DNA of 64,000 bases from Eledone cirrhosa (GCA_964016885.1 OZ024745.1:50840001-50904000); one strand, 5' to 3'. Numbered from the stretch's first letter, positions 40,454 to 55,387 are shown. Notes: a model not told the origin generated them from the sequence alone. Numbers and translations: made by a program.

Positions 40454-43153
40454 GTTTAGACGATGCATTTCCTCTGGATCCCGCTCCCCCCTTATCTGAC
40501 CAATAAAATCGGGAAAAAATGATATATTGAAAATTAAATTTTATCAGCATTTATATTTTGAATTTAAGTATTTCTTGCATAACCAAAGATCTAATTATAC
40601 AAATGGACTTGTAATTTATTAATTATGTATGTGAAGGATTGATATGATTCTAATTTTCCACATCCAGTGGAAAAATTAGAATCATATCATATTAGTAAGC
40701 AATATTATTAAATTCGACTACTTTTGGTATGCTTCTCTCTTTTCCTCAAGACATCCGTAATGACATTACACGCACGTTCAGCTAAATATAACGAAAGAAA
40801 TACAATTAAAATCTTTTTCACGGCCTGATACGCGATGGGGCCCACCCACAGCTTTTGACACGTAAGCTATGTTCCCATTAAACGTCTAGTACGAAAAACA
40901 CATCTGTCGCCAAAGAATTCCAATATTATCTCCAAATGGCTATTAAAGCGAGAGCTTGTGAATTTCAGTTTGGAATAATGATCTATTAAATTCTTCATTA
41001 TTTTGACAGCAGGACTGTACGAATGATCGGAACTGGCTAAATTGTTTCTGATTGTTAACTGAGGCTACTGACAGCTAAGTGGTTTACAACAAAATGTTGT
41101 TAACCACTTAGTTGTTAACCAAAATGTCACGCAATGGATTGCCAATAGTCTTCAACATTGGCATTTTCTGTGCAGAATCAATTCTTCAGACAGCTCACTA
41201 TCGACGGAGTTCAATCATTTGCAGCTTCTATATGTGGAAGTGGAATGCGATTTTCTAAAAGCACGATTTATCTCCTGTCCTCATGAATTTTTGTTTTCCA
41301 ATATATTTACTCTTTTCTTCCTTTATTGCCTCTTTTGAGACTTCTCATTCCTCTAATTACCACCAAACTCTCCCCCTCTCTATATCTCTATTTATCTCTC
41401 CATCTGTGTCTACATAAATTTTAGCGCATATACAAATAGATGTTTTTTGGTAGTTTGAGGAGAAAATTATAATTATTAGGGCGGCTATGGCCCACATGCC
41501 CCCCCCACCCCCAGTCCCACCGCTCTTTATATATATATATATAAATATGTGTGTGTGTGTTGAGAGAGAGAGAGTGTGTGTGTGTGTGTTGAGAGAGAGA
41601 GTGTGTGTGTGTGTGTATGTGTGTGTATAATAGACACCACACCGCCAAGTCTGTTTTCCCCTATATATAAATATATGTAAGTATATTTTTTTTGTTTGTG
41701 TGTGTGTGTGATGGCGCGTCACTTAGTGGTTACAAAGTTGGATTTACCATCATGAGAGTTCGATTCCCGGACAGGAACGTCACTTTATTTATTTTTGTTT
41801 GTTTGTGGAGTGACAGTCTTCTAGTCTCCATTAAGACATCTCTCTAGGATAAGGTCACTCTAATATTAAGCCTGCGACTTCATTTGCATCCAATGATAGG
41901 GACCAGTTCTTCTTTTGGGGCAAATGCTTTCGATATTCAGAGAATGGAGTGGCCCCGTGCAAAGCCTTTCCTCACTTGAAAAAACTTCAAGCACAGGCAT
42001 CGTTTGATACGTGACATTTTTTGCGATGCATGGTATTGCTGGCTATAGGCAAGACCCTAGCAGGATAAAAAAAACCCGTCCGTGATGCTCATCCTTAAGT
42101 TTCAATCGTTGGCATTACTCGAAATAGAGTTACAGTCACCACCATCATCATGTATGTATGTGTGTGTGTATGTGTATCTATGGATGTATGTATGTGTGTC
42201 TGTATGTATGTGTGTGTATGTGTGTATGAATGTATGCATGCATGTATGTATGTGTGTATGTATGTATGTACATATATATATATGTGTGTGTATGTGCGTG
42301 TGTGCGTCATATATGTATGTGTGTGTGTATGTGTATGTATGGATGTATATATATGTGTGTATGCATGTATGTGTGTATGTGTATGTATGTATGTATGTAT
42401 GTGTGTGTGTATGCATATATGTATATATATAGGTATGTACATATATATATATATGTGTGTGCATGTGTGTGCGTGTGCGCGCGTGATCATATACGTACGT
42501 ATTTAGTGTTGATGTAACTTTAAAAGCATGTGGACTCATTCGGCAGCTTGGGATCCGGATTAAATCAACTGGAATTTTAACAACGAATCCTGTCTTCTCC
42601 GATTCTCATTTCAACTATCAAAAATGCTTTAGCGGACTTTCCATTGAAACAAAATTCACACGAATGCTTCTCTTCTTATTTATTTGTTTTATACAACACA
42701 CTCTATACCTATTCTAGTAATAAGTGAATCAATAGAATTCCAGTCATCAGACTGAAAGGTCTTCGGATCATATGCGACTACCAACGTTGTAATATGTTCT
42801 TAGAAAAAGTCACTTAACTGCCAAATAAGTTACAAATATACAGGGGCGTTGGAAGCATTTTTGAATTGGGGGCGGGGTGGGTGTGTATGCCAAATTTGGT
42901 CAATTTAGTTGTAGGGTCAGTTTAGCTCTTTGTACTCTAAAATGATTAGACAACTTCGATATACGATAAACATAAAATGTACATATATTATGGCGCATAT
43001 CCAAATAGATGTGTGTTTTGGTAGTTTGGGGAGATAATATAGTTATTGAAAGGGGGGGGGGGGAATGGTCCCGCTGCCAAACCCACCCTTTCGTAAAGGG
43101 TTGATGTATCGAACTTCTTCGCATTTGGTAATAAACTGGTATTATACCCTCAT

Positions 43154-43231
<78 letters not shown>

Positions 43232-43936
43232 CAGTGTAGCCCCGGCATTTGCGGTCCCGGTTATTTGCGGAATTTTCCTTGGAACCTAACTAATAATTGT
43301 TCGCGGAAACCACCGCATATTCGCGGAATCGTAAATATCTTGCACGAATTTTTAATACCTTTTTTCGTGACAATATATATATATATATTTGTTTCTATAT
43401 TTGGCACAAGGCCAGCAATTACCCAGTATATTACTGGTACTTTATTTTATCGACCCCGTAAGGATGAAAGGCAAAGTTAACCTCGGGATATATATATATA
43501 TATTGTCACGAAAAAAGGCATTAAAAAGGCGGTGGATTGGCAGTATCGGTAGAGGGTCGGACGCCATGCTTTCCATCATAGTTACGTCCCTTTACAATCT
43601 GAGTTCAAATCCCGCCGAGGTTGACTTTGCCTTTCATCCTTACGGGGTCGATAAAATAAAGTACCAGTAATGAACTGGGTAATTGCTGGCCTTGTGCCTA
43701 AAGTAGAAACAAATATATATATATATTTTAAGGATAAGTTATTATTAACAATATACAGTATTTGCTGGTGTTTTGGATGCCCCTTCGCATAAGATGCTCC
43801 CTCTTTTTTTTTTTATATTTTATGTTATATTTTGACGTTTAGAGGCATTTATATGGACCACGTCCAATATTCGTGGTTTTTCACTCTTCATGGGTTCTCT
43901 AGGAACATAACCCCCGTGAATACCAGGGGACAACTG
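43232..43936. mobile_element. Tc1/pogo-like MITE with two nested, divergently oriented SINEs (43391-43488 minus, partial; 43528-43711 plus)
   Basis: TA|CAGTGTAGCCCCGG ... CCAGGGGACAACTG|TA imperfect TIRs; SINE consensus inside. Confidence 0.6.
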
Positions 43937-44430
43937 TATACATATATTATTGGTGGGAGGCATGCTCCTCCCTCCCAGTTCCACGACCCCTGATACCTAC
44001 CATAGGTTCTACATATAAAAAACTGTCAGGTAAAAGAGTATAATTCAGTTTTGAGTTTCCTTATTTCTTTGTGTTGCTCGCAAAGTGATGAAATGCACAT
44101 AGTGCCACTCTTCTATATGCTACAATAAATGACAGAGCCATTAGCTAGTAGTTCTAACTGCTGAACATGGCAGTCAAATACTCCTCAAATCACACACTTT
44201 GATTTTATACAATGGCAAGACACTTTAGATTACGTGGCCTACATATCCCCCCCCCCCCAAAAAAAAGACGGGATAGTTATTGATGTAACGCTCTTTGCGT
44301 CAGATATGACGTGGGTCTAAACAGCAACCACATAGATGCTATGTAAGTTAATAAGGGAGCTTTCTATGATGTGGTTGTGGGACATGTTGAGATATGGCCG
44401 CCAAAGCTCCCTCAAATTACATTCTGCAAA

Positions 44431-44461
<31 letters not shown>

Positions 44462-45948
44462 AATAAAATAAGCATATCCTATTGGCAAATGGTTAGGCAG
44501 TGTTACGATAGGTAAACAAAAAATGGAATAACCACGACTGGAATGCCTTTCATCATATCTTCTTGATGAGGTATGTCAATAACAACAACAACGACGCTTA
44601 TAGCAAGACAACGGGGAGATCCTTTAAGAAGTTACACTCAAAGTATCCTACAATTACAAAGTACTCGTAGGGAAATGTAGTCTCCGATATATAAAATGCA
44701 ATAATATAAAGCGCTGTAATACTGTGAAACACATGTCTACACGATCACAGTTAATCCTCATCTATACAACATTAAAACAGCTTACATTCATTTTACCTCA
44801 AATTTAATTCACCGTTTTCATTGCGGCATACATGTTTCACGACTTAATTTTCTCATGAAATTCAACTACAATAAATATGTTAAATATAAATGCTAATGTA
44901 ATTATACATGTAGCAGTATATTATTGTTCTTTTCAACGGAGTTGTTTTTACACTGTAAAATCGGCCACCATGGAAGCTGGCCTCTGTGACCGCATAGATA
45001 AATTAGCATTCCGAATGGTTTTCGAGCGGCAATATGCCCGAGATTTCGAGATATCAAAAAGTGATCTGTTTCTTCTAAAGTCTGGGAGACAAAGGAAGCG
45101 ACTTTCAAAAATAATTTGCTCTCAACAGCGAGGACAATTGGAACGTTTTATTAGAATAGTGAACAATGTAGTCCATTGCTTACACAGAGCAGACCCTATG
45201 GATCTCTCTCTCTCTCTCTCTCGGTCTCTCTCGACCAAGCCAGTGAAGTTCAACAATTTCACGAGGTTTTGGTAAATACAACTTTAATAATAATTTTACA
45301 AACAAAAACGCATACACATCTTGACAAATAGCGTCACACAATTCATCTGTGTTTATTTGTTCTTAGTGTATTTTCATATAGCTTCGGCGTAAGCTATATT
45401 CAATAAATAGTAACATAACGGCTTTGTATTATCATGGTTTTTTTTATATACTTCAACTTACGACCACAATATTTAGGGGATTGCTCTTAACTATAGTAGC
45501 AATAGCTTGTCACCGACTTTGTACGCGATTAAGTCACTGTATTCCCGATCCATAAAACGCATTCTGTTCCCCAGACGCACCCTGAAATTCCTCAGTTTCT
45601 CTAAAAAGACAAGCTGTAGAGTTCTGTAGACATTTCCAAGCGAGTATATGCAGTAGCGATGTAATAAATTTTGTTAATGTATAAGTATTTTTGTCAAATC
45701 TATTCCCAAAATACTCCTGAAGGTTAATAGAAAAATTAGCAGTAACATCTAGGCTTCAGTTCATTCGGCAATATCCAAAAAGTCTGCAACATTTCAATAT
45801 GCACCAAGGTGAAACAAATAAAATAAAATTGCATATATAAATTTCCTTCAATTTGGCACAAAATCACTGTATTTAGACTGGTGTGAAATGTGATGATAAT
45901 CACATTCTTTCTTATTAGTATCATAGATTTGGAATAAACGGGTTAGAG

Positions 45949-46864
45949 CAGAGATGAGGAACCTGCGGCCTTCTATGCCATTTTGAAAGAATAAAAAATT
46001 TCCAACAAATGTTTAATTTTTATTAACATGTTTTTGTCTACCTATTATTTTAAATAAAACTATAATATGAACGAATTTTAAACACCAAACTGTAAAAGAA
46101 AATTCAACGAAATAATCCACTTTGACAGGCATCCAAAATTGAAAAAGATAGTAATTCATAAGTAATTTAGTTCTAATGCGATTCTAAAGTGTACATTAAA
46201 TTCCCGCTTGGCTGAAGACACTGTCGCTCGAGGCTGTTTGAAGAGAACCCGCAGAAATTTAGTATGCTATTGATTATCAAAATTTGATAATTATGTATGT
46301 GGATTTCCATTTGACGTAGAATTTAAAAAAAGTTACACAATTTGACCATATATTCGTATTTGTTTTATTTTTGTCTTTTGTAACGGAGGAGCAAGCTAAA
46401 AAATGTGATGTATATTTTTTATCCCAACCACACCAGATTTTGTGAAATAACATATTTTGAAAATATAAACTTTTTTAAAAGCAAGTTTTGTTTGATAGAA
46501 CTTGTAGATATTAACTAAAAAGTAATTTTATGACAAAAAAAAAGAAAAATACAAAAGATATATAATTAATTTGTTTGTTTTCTGATAAAATATAATATAA
46601 CATTATGTCAAAGAATTCCAAGAGAACGATGAAGGAAGAAACAAGCTTTAATGAGGATTGTGAATTATTTTACAATGCTGCAATATCTTTGTAATGCTGC
46701 AGTATCAACATTAAAAACATTCATTGCTAATCAGCATTATGTCACTCACAAGGACCATAAATATTTCAAATTAGTGGTAGAGATGAGGATAGTTTCTTGA
46801 ATGTAGCTTTATATTGCAAGTAATTCAATGCGGCCTTTCAACATGGAACGATTTTCCACCTCTG
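45949..46864. mobile_element. Non-autonomous hAT-like element
   Basis: CAGAGATGAGGAA / TTTTCCACCTCTG ends, subterminal TGCGGCC motifs, and similar 8-bp flanks (GGTTAGAG / GAATAGAG). Confidence 0.5.
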
Positions 46865-46922
46865 GAATAGAGACTAGGCTTCTACGCACCTTATCTAATA
46901 TCTACACAAATTCACCCTAGAT

Positions 46923-47241
46923 CAGGGGCGTGCAACAGGCAGCCCGCGGGCCACAATCCGGCCCGCCAGACTAGTCAGAGTGGCCCGCGATGACCGTTTT
47001 TAATTTTTACCTTGTAGGCTTATTTAGAATTTTTTTCGTAACCGTAATACAATTTTCTGTTAGTTGACCTATACTAAAGGGCTTCACTGATAGGGTTATG
47101 TGTGTTATAATTTCCCAATTCCATGTTATGGAAAGAAGTTGTGGCGAATCTTTGGAATAGGGCTTAATAAATATAAATGGCCTTAATAGTTGTTCCAATA
47201 TTCAAAAGTGGCCCGGCAATGGAATATATTGCACACCTCTG
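46923..47241. mobile_element. hAT (Charlie-like) MITE
   Basis: TIRs CAGGGGCGTGCAA / TTGCACACCTCTG, GGCCCG subterminal repeats, and a perfect 8-bp TSD CCCTAGAT. Confidence 0.85.
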
Positions 47242-47606
47242 CCCTAGATGAATTGCACATTTTACACACATTGACATAGGTTTCAATTTCTTTCTTTATA
47301 TTACGTGTATTGACTGAATAGACTACCAATTGTTTTGTTGTTGATAACAGGAATGATTCGCAGTAATTGTGGTTGTTCTTAGATGTTTATATTGATGATA
47401 TATCAATCTTAGCTGAACATTCTTGTAAAAATAAATATATTAATAATATAAATATCCGCTTACAAATACACAGAAATACATAATGAATACGTTTAATAGT
47501 ACACACATGCATGACGTAAACATGCTTATGTTTAGGTATACATAAATACACACACACACACACCCCACCTCCCACATATATGTATGCGTGTGTTTATACG
47601 TATGCA

Positions 47607-47686
<80 letters not shown>

Positions 47687-47720
47687 CCTCTCTCTCTCCC
47701 CCCTCTCTCTCTCTATACAC

Positions 47721-47767
<47 letters not shown>

Positions 47768-47835
47768 TGTATGTATGTATGTAAATCTACACACATGCAT
47801 GACGTAAATAGATTTATATTTAAGTATTGCTATAG

Positions 47836-47867
<32 letters not shown>

Positions 47868-47977
47868 GCATATATACGTATGCATATACACACACACACA
47901 CACAAGCATACACATTCGCAATAAAAATTAGAGACCCACCATATATTTTTCTATTAAATCATCCCATAATTCTATGT

Positions 47978-48011
<34 letters not shown>

Positions 48012-48119
48012 GTGTGTGCGTGTGTGTATGTGTGTGTATTTATGTATGTATATGTATGCGCCCTTCCCCCAACCCTCTTTTTCACACACACACACTGACA
48101 CATATATATGCATGTATTA

Positions 48120-48199
<80 letters not shown>

Positions 48200-48355
48200 A
48201 ACGTATGATTGCAATATCTCAAATTGAAATCGAAATCGTCTTGCCCAGAAGAGTTTTTGGTAGACAAAGTATAAAAAGAGAATATAAAGAAAAATAACAT
48301 GCAAGGTAATACATATTTCACGAATTTAACACCGTAATATATACATACCAGCATA

Positions 48356-48424
<69 letters not shown>

Positions 48425-49585
48425 ATGTGTGTAAATAATTATATTATGTTGAACAGCATGTTATTTGTTATTTATTTGTTTATGCAAGCAGTAATAAGAC
48501 AAAATTACCTTACCTTTTTCCATTGTTCGAAGTTTCCTTATCCATATCATCCTAATATATTGTTACTTTTCGCTTGTTAGTAAAGAATTGTAAAATTAGC
48601 AAAGGAAAGGTTCGAACGAGGAACATAAATAAGTTAAAATAAATACCTTGATAACTTTGGGTTAAGCAATATTGCTTTGGTCAAAATCAGATATTTTACT
48701 TAGAAATATCTGAAACTTATTTATCCGATTCGTGTTCTAACTAAGAAGATCTTACACTTTTAAATAAATTCATTATAAATAGGAAGTATTCATAGATATT
48801 GCTTTATGTAAATATGTCTTTACTTTTCAGAAAATAACTATAATCGATAAAATTATCTCAAAAAAAATGTTTGCAACGTTTTTTATCCACTTCATAATTA
48901 AGAATCTCAAAGTGATTTTCGCTGGTATTGAACAGATGGCAATTTTACTATCCCTGTGATCTTTATTACATTGAAATATTCAATCAGGTTTTGAGTATGA
49001 TGAAAAGGTGCTATAGATATAGAAGTAACATGCTTGCGATCGGAAACCACAACCCAGTTTCTGTCCCCGAATTTCTCATAAGCGACAATTTTAAAGGTAT
49101 TTAGAAATCTCTTGAAAGTAGTGGCATTTTAGCTTCCTAGTTAATTTTCAACATTGCATTTGAATAATGTGTGCTGAAGAGAAGAAGAAAAAAAAAAAAA
49201 GAAAACAACGAAACTGAGGGTAATAATGAGATTTCATTGTCCCAGTTAAAGTCTCTTCATATCCCTTTTGCCATTAATGCCATTTTGAAATATATATGTC
49301 ACAAAACATCAGTTTTGTTTAGAGAGTCGATTATTCAACAAAGAGGAAAATAAAGGACGCAATTAAAGGATAAAAATGTTTGTGTAATCAATGGGATATT
49401 AATTACTCAGTCGTTTTAGTAGATGCAAACAATCACACCTATTTTCTAATATTTGTTTTGCATCTGTATGTATAAATATAATCTTCATTACTACAAAATT
49501 TTTGTAACTAAGGTTACTGTAATAGCACACATACATACAGTTAAACCCACGTATGAACACGCATGTATGTATGTATGTATGTGAA

Positions 49586-49850
49586 GGCGCGTGGCTTTGT
49601 GGTTAGGGTATTCAGCTCACAATCGTAAAGTAGTGAGTTCGATTCCTGGCGGCGCGCCGTGTCTTTGAACAAGACTTATTATTTTACGTTGCTCCAGTCC
49701 ACTCAGCTGGCAAAAATGAGTTGTGTCTGTAATTCGAAGAGCCAGCTTTGTCACATCCCGTGCCATGCTGAATCTCCCTAAGAACTACGTAAACGATATG
49801 CGTGTCTGTGGAATGCTCATCCACTTGCACGTTAATTTCACGAGCAGGCT
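49586..49850 (+). mobile_element. Second tRNA-derived SINE family (5' fragment also at ~41713-41790)
   Basis: GGCGCGTGGCTTTGTGGTTAGG A-box, GAGTTCGATTCC B-box, and core CTCCAGTCCACTCAGCTGGCAAAAATGAGT. Confidence 0.7.
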
Positions 49851-50263
49851 GTAAATTGCTCAGGTTGTGTTGAACATTACCGAATATTCTTCTGAAATAG
49901 CCTACATATCTTAAGGTTAGTATTAAAATATTCTTTTAATTAAAAAACTTTTTTTAAATGAATTTAAAATATATATTATAATTCTTAATATAAAAAGCTA
50001 AACAATAAAAATATATTTAATGACATTTCGTCAATGATATATTGAAAATAGATTAATATTAATTGTCTGTGATAAAAGTAATGTTAAAATTTGATTATAT
50101 TGTTACATTTTATTAGTTTCGTGTTAGGCAGAGTTATCTATATTTACATATATATTACGTTTCAATCATCATCCGGAGGTTTATTCAAGGATTCGAACTG
50201 GAAGTTTTATTCTAAAGTCAAATAGAAACGCTTTTAACCAATGAGCCACTTATGTATAACATT

Positions 50264-50464
50264 GATGATTTCTGATTTAGGCACAAGACCAACAATCTGG
50301 GGGGAGGGGAAGGTCGATTAAATTGACCACAGTGCGTTACTGGTACTTTATTTTATCGACCCCATAAGGATGAAAGGCAAAGTTAACCTCGGCTGGATTT
50401 GAAATCAGAACGCAAAGGGCCGTAACTATGCCGCGAATCATGATGTCCGACACACTAACGATTT
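50264..50464 (-). mobile_element. SINE with 17-bp TSD
   Basis: Reverse-complement SINE flanked by CACTTATGTATAACATT at 50247-50263 and 50465-50481. Confidence 0.85.
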
Positions 50465-50534
50465 CACTTATGTATAACATTAATGTTACAAGTTTAGGAG
50501 ATTATATTTATCTTTTAGTAAATGCAATCATATA

Positions 50535-50895
50535 AGGCCAGACGGCATGGCCATCATCCCGTTCTGCGGTGGCAAACCCCTCGTCTGGGATGCCACTTGC
50601 AGCGACACTTTCTCCAGCCGCAACCCGGGGCAGTCTGCAACAAACCTAGGTTCTACTGCACGTCGGGTCTGAGGAGGCCAAACTCTCCAAATACCGGTCC
50701 CTCTCCGACAGGTTTGCGGTCGTACCCTTGGCAGTGGAGACCTCGGCCCTAGGGCTACCTCCCTACTCACCACCATAGGCGCTGAGCTGGCCAGCCGTAG
50801 GTGTGAGCCTCGCGAGTTGGAATGACTCTTCCAGCGCATCTCCCTTGCCATCTTCCAGGGAAACGCCTTCTCCATTCTGTCCGCCGGGGCTGTGT
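50535..50895 (+). mobile_element. CRE-like LINE 3' fragment (third copy)
   Basis: RPDGMAIIPFCGGKPLVWDATC..., frameshifted. Confidence 0.75.
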
Positions 50896-52039
50896 GGAGG
50901 CCATCAATATGATTACTTAACCCTTTTGTTTACTTACTGTGACTGTTTCACAATTAAACTTTTATTCATAGCCAAAAGAAGTTTGTAGTAGCAGCAGCTG
51001 GAGTATTTACTGGGCTAAATATACGTGCCCAATAATGGACGATACGGTTATTGATTTCTTAACCCAATTACACTTCCTAAATGCTGCGGTAGACGTAGCT
51101 GTTACTGTGACTGTAGCTAGCGGAGTAGAATGGAATCTTGAAATACCGTAATTTTCCATATTTTTTCTGCCAGTGGTATGTCTCAAAGACATTCGGGAAG
51201 GACCTGGCCGTTGACAATTAAATTTTGATTTATCATCCTTCCGAATAATCCTTTCTGTGAGTGCTTGGCTTTTCTAAGGGCCCAGCTACACGATCACTTC
51301 CGGTAATGTCATTAGTGTTTTAGGTAGCCTAGACTATTTTTGAATCAAGTACCAGCGCTCCGTCTTGTGATTGACAGAGTGTGCTTGTCTTTCTGATTCA
51401 TTTTTGTTGTTTTTGTCCAATTTGTTTGGTAAAATATTTTGCAAGTTGTTAATCTTTTAATGATAAATAACATATTCCTTTATCTAATTAACCGTTCCAG
51501 CAACAACTCACCCAAATTAAAGTATTGATATTTAACTCCACTCCCAATATTTGCGAATCGCCATCCGCCCTTTATTCACATGAAGACAGATTATAAAGTT
51601 ATATTATTACTTTGTAATATTATAATAAAATTATGATATAATGGAATTATGTCTATAGATTAATTTTATTAAAGAAGGCAATTTATACGCCCTCTTTTCA
51701 ATACATTACAACATATGTTTTAACCTGTACCATATCTTTTATAAATCACATTACTGTAGTTATTTATGATGTTGAATGATGTTTGATAAAATCATACCCG
51801 CCCTTTTATTAACTGCCATTAGGGTGGCGGATTGGCTGAAACATTAATGAGTCGGAGAAAATAGAGTATCTAGTTATGGTCATTTAAATACTGAGTTCAA
51901 ATCTTCATTAGTAGCTAAAATAAAGTACACGTCAAGTACTGGGAACAATTATTTATATTACACTCTCCTACCTTCTATCTATGTCAGAAATTGCAGTTAA
52001 CTGATATTAAATTTATTGTTAAATCCTTTTATTTTGTAG

Positions 52040-52287
52040 GTATCTTAAATGGTTGTATTGTAACTGTTCTCATGGCAGTTTTATTCTTTGCTCAATGCAC
52101 GATTGCATTACCAGCCACCAAAACTCCTGTAACTCCATGGAAACATCCGTGTACACCGTATGTAGAAACTAATAGCAGAAATGTACCGCCTTCCTTTGTA
52201 GGAAAGGATTCTGCACCTTATTTTGAGAGATTGCTTGCAAAAACTGAAATAACTTTGATCCATGCAACGATTCTACGCGAAACTATG
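52040..52287 (+). CDS. Gene B exon 2: signal peptide, PWKHPC motif and first helix
   Basis: TTTTATTTTGTAG acceptor (phase 1) and ATG|GTAAAT donor. Encodes ILNGCIVTVLMAVLFFAQCTIA-LPATKTPVTPWKHPCTP...LRETM. Confidence 0.85.
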
Positions 52288-52999
52288 GTAAATATATTTC
52301 TATGATTTGAAATCATGCAGAAGTCAGTTTTACTTCTCATCTTTCCGGCGTCGGTATAATAAAGTAGCAATCAAAATACTGGGTTTTGTTTATATTCCTA
52401 TAATGAATACATCCTAGATGTGAATGGAATTATAGTAGAATAAATTTTAATTAAAAACATTTTAGTTTTTTTTTAATGTTGTTTTGTTTAAATAATTTGT
52501 TTTGGATAATATTTATTTCATTAGTTTATAAGCCATCGAATCAACTTCGTAAATCGCCCACACTGCCGAAGAAAGGATTTGAGTTTCTTCCTAACTTACT
52601 AGCTGCCGGCTTAAGAAGACGTAAATATTTGAACTGTAATAACTAGCTCCACAGTAAAGGTGGCAGGAAAAATTGCTTGCATATCAGTGAGGAATGTTCT
52701 ATGTAGTTGTTCAACATTCTCAAGGAAATAAGTAAATGTATTTAAACGACCACCATTCCTTTTGTAGATTGGGTCATATATTTTATGTATTAAATCTTAA
52801 GAAGGGAGATTTTACCATAAAATTTAGATGTCTATGATTAGAAATGACAATAAAAATCTTTATCAGATAAGTAATTTTTCTACTATAGAACAGCTGACCT
52901 CTTCTAATATATAACAATAGCAACAATATTAACCATTACTGTGTTATAAACTGGTGTATTGAAAATTGATGATTTAAAAAACAAATTATCTTCTTTTAG

Positions 53000-53095
53000 G
53001 CAAAAAGATTTGTTGATATCCTATTGCTAAAATATCTTCGGAGCTCAACCATTCTCAACATCTCAAGAGTTGTGGAACAAAGTCAATATCTACTG
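53000..53095 (+). CDS. Gene B exon 3 (AKRFVDILLLKYLRSSTILNISRVVEQSQYLL)
   Basis: TTCTTTTAG acceptor and CTG|GTAAAC donor; 96 nt, phase 0-0, matching gene A exon 3. Confidence 0.8.
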
Positions 53096-53554
53096 GTAAA
53101 CTATTATTATTTACACACATACTCTCACAAGCAAGTGTAATTCGTACAAGCCATGCCCACAATATTTCCCCAACACACACACACACACTCTCTCGCTCTC
53201 TCTCTCTAACTTTCTCTCTTTCACGCGCACAGAAACACATTCAGATTGGTGGGGTTGATAGCTTTAAGTATATTTATAAGACTTATGATTACTGATGAGA
53301 AATGACTGTTTTGATTTATTAATTAACCATTTGAATTGTGGTAATAGGTATTTTTCTTGGTCATAAGAAACCGCGGTCTAAGCAATTATGTAAGCAAAAT
53401 TATGTTTTTCTTTTAAATATAAGTTTTAATATCGTATATATTATTATACCTAAATATAATTTGTATCAATGAAGCTCTGTATACATGGTTTTAGTCCATA
53501 TAGGCTATTAATGGTGTAATATGATTGAAATAATGTTATTTTGATCTATATTTA

Positions 53555-53585
<31 letters not shown>

Positions 53586-53668
53586 CGTTATTCCGGGTTG
53601 AATCGGAGGTAACCACAGTAAGTAAGGTACTCAATACATAGCAGAGTATAAAAGTTTTAATATAGATG

Positions 53669-53719
53669 AGATTCTACAGGACTAGAACTGTTTCATTCAT
53701 TAGAAATCATCAGGAATCT
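53669..53719 (-). ncRNA. Type I hammerhead ribozyme fold, probably Penelope-like-element associated
   Basis: The minus strand reads AGAUUC-CUGAUGA-UUUC(UAAU)GAAU-GAA-ACAG(UUCUAGUC)CUGU-A-GAAUCU: intact core, 6-bp stem I, 4-bp stem III and a GUA triplet. Stem II is weak with a U-U closing pair. Confidence 0.65.
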
Positions 53720-54219
53720 GGGTATCAAAAAATAAATATGGTATTTATAGGTCTCTACAAGTGGTAGGAGAGGGTGGGGAGTGGGATGGGTGCAGGTCAT
53801 TGGTTGATAGAAAAGGGAATTCATTAAAAGCTAATTCTACAAAGCTATAGTTTATTTTTATTTATTTATGTTTTTAGAGTAACAAGGGCAGACAGAATTC
53901 TATAAACAGGTTCCGGATGGCATACCATTCCTTGTCATTAAGTTTCTCTTAAGCTAACAGGTGTCTATAAAATCAGTGGGGGGTCAGTCATGGTCGATAG
54001 AATTAAAGAAAAGGGAGATTCTTTAAAAGCTAAAGTCATTAAGGTTCTACTAAGTGACAAAGGTCTAGAGAATTCTGCAGACAGATTCAAAATACTGAGT
54101 GCATATCTTACTATTATCTTCGAACTTCTCTTAAACTAATCAACTATATGCCAAAAATCAACAGACACATTCACAAAAAAACAAAAAACCACATACTCAC
54201 TCACACACTTACGCGCAAC

Positions 54220-54314
54220 CATAAACACACACACAAACACATATACACACATAAAAACACACACACATATATAAAAATATATATTCATGTACACACACAT
54301 ACATACACACATAC

Positions 54315-54361
<47 letters not shown>

Positions 54362-54543
54362 TATATACACATATATACACACACATATATATATATACAC
54401 ATACACACACACATACACATACATACACACACACACACATATATACACAAATAAATACACTCACACGCATACATACAAACACAAATATACATGTGTATAC
54501 ATATACACACAAATACATATAGACATATATACATATACACACA

Positions 54544-54585
<42 letters not shown>

Positions 54586-54654
54586 TATACACACATACAC
54601 ACATACATACATACACATACATATATACACACACATACGCATACATATATATAC

Positions 54655-54709
<55 letters not shown>

Positions 54710-54867
54710 CGTACACACATATACATGCACACACACACACACATATATATATAAAAACCCCGTACACACACATACACACAAACACACACACACATATATA
54801 TACACATATACATATATATATATACATTCATATATATAACCACATACATATATACATACATACACAT

Positions 54868-54918
<51 letters not shown>

Positions 54919-54961
54919 AACAAATATATACAAATACAAATACAAACACACACATACATAC

Positions 54962-55018
<57 letters not shown>

Positions 55019-55074
55019 TACACACACATACACATATATACACATATATAAGGAAAAAGCACCATACATACATA

Positions 55075-55129
<55 letters not shown>

Positions 55130-55139
55130 ACACACACAC

Positions 55140-55208
<69 letters not shown>

Positions 55209-55387
55209 TATATACATATACACACATATATACACACACCCACACATATACATATATACATATACACACACACACATACATACACATACACATATACATA
55301 AGTATATATATATATATATATATACATACACACAAATATATACATATATATAAAAATATACACACATATACATACATACACACACAC

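Noticed and set aside
44877-45275. 132-aa ORF and possible donor (TTTTG|GTAAAT at ~45271) as an alternative exon 1 of gene B
   Set aside because: No recognisable protein features. The donor falls in phase 2 of this ORF, incompatible with the phase-1 acceptor at 52040. A non-coding exon cannot be excluded.
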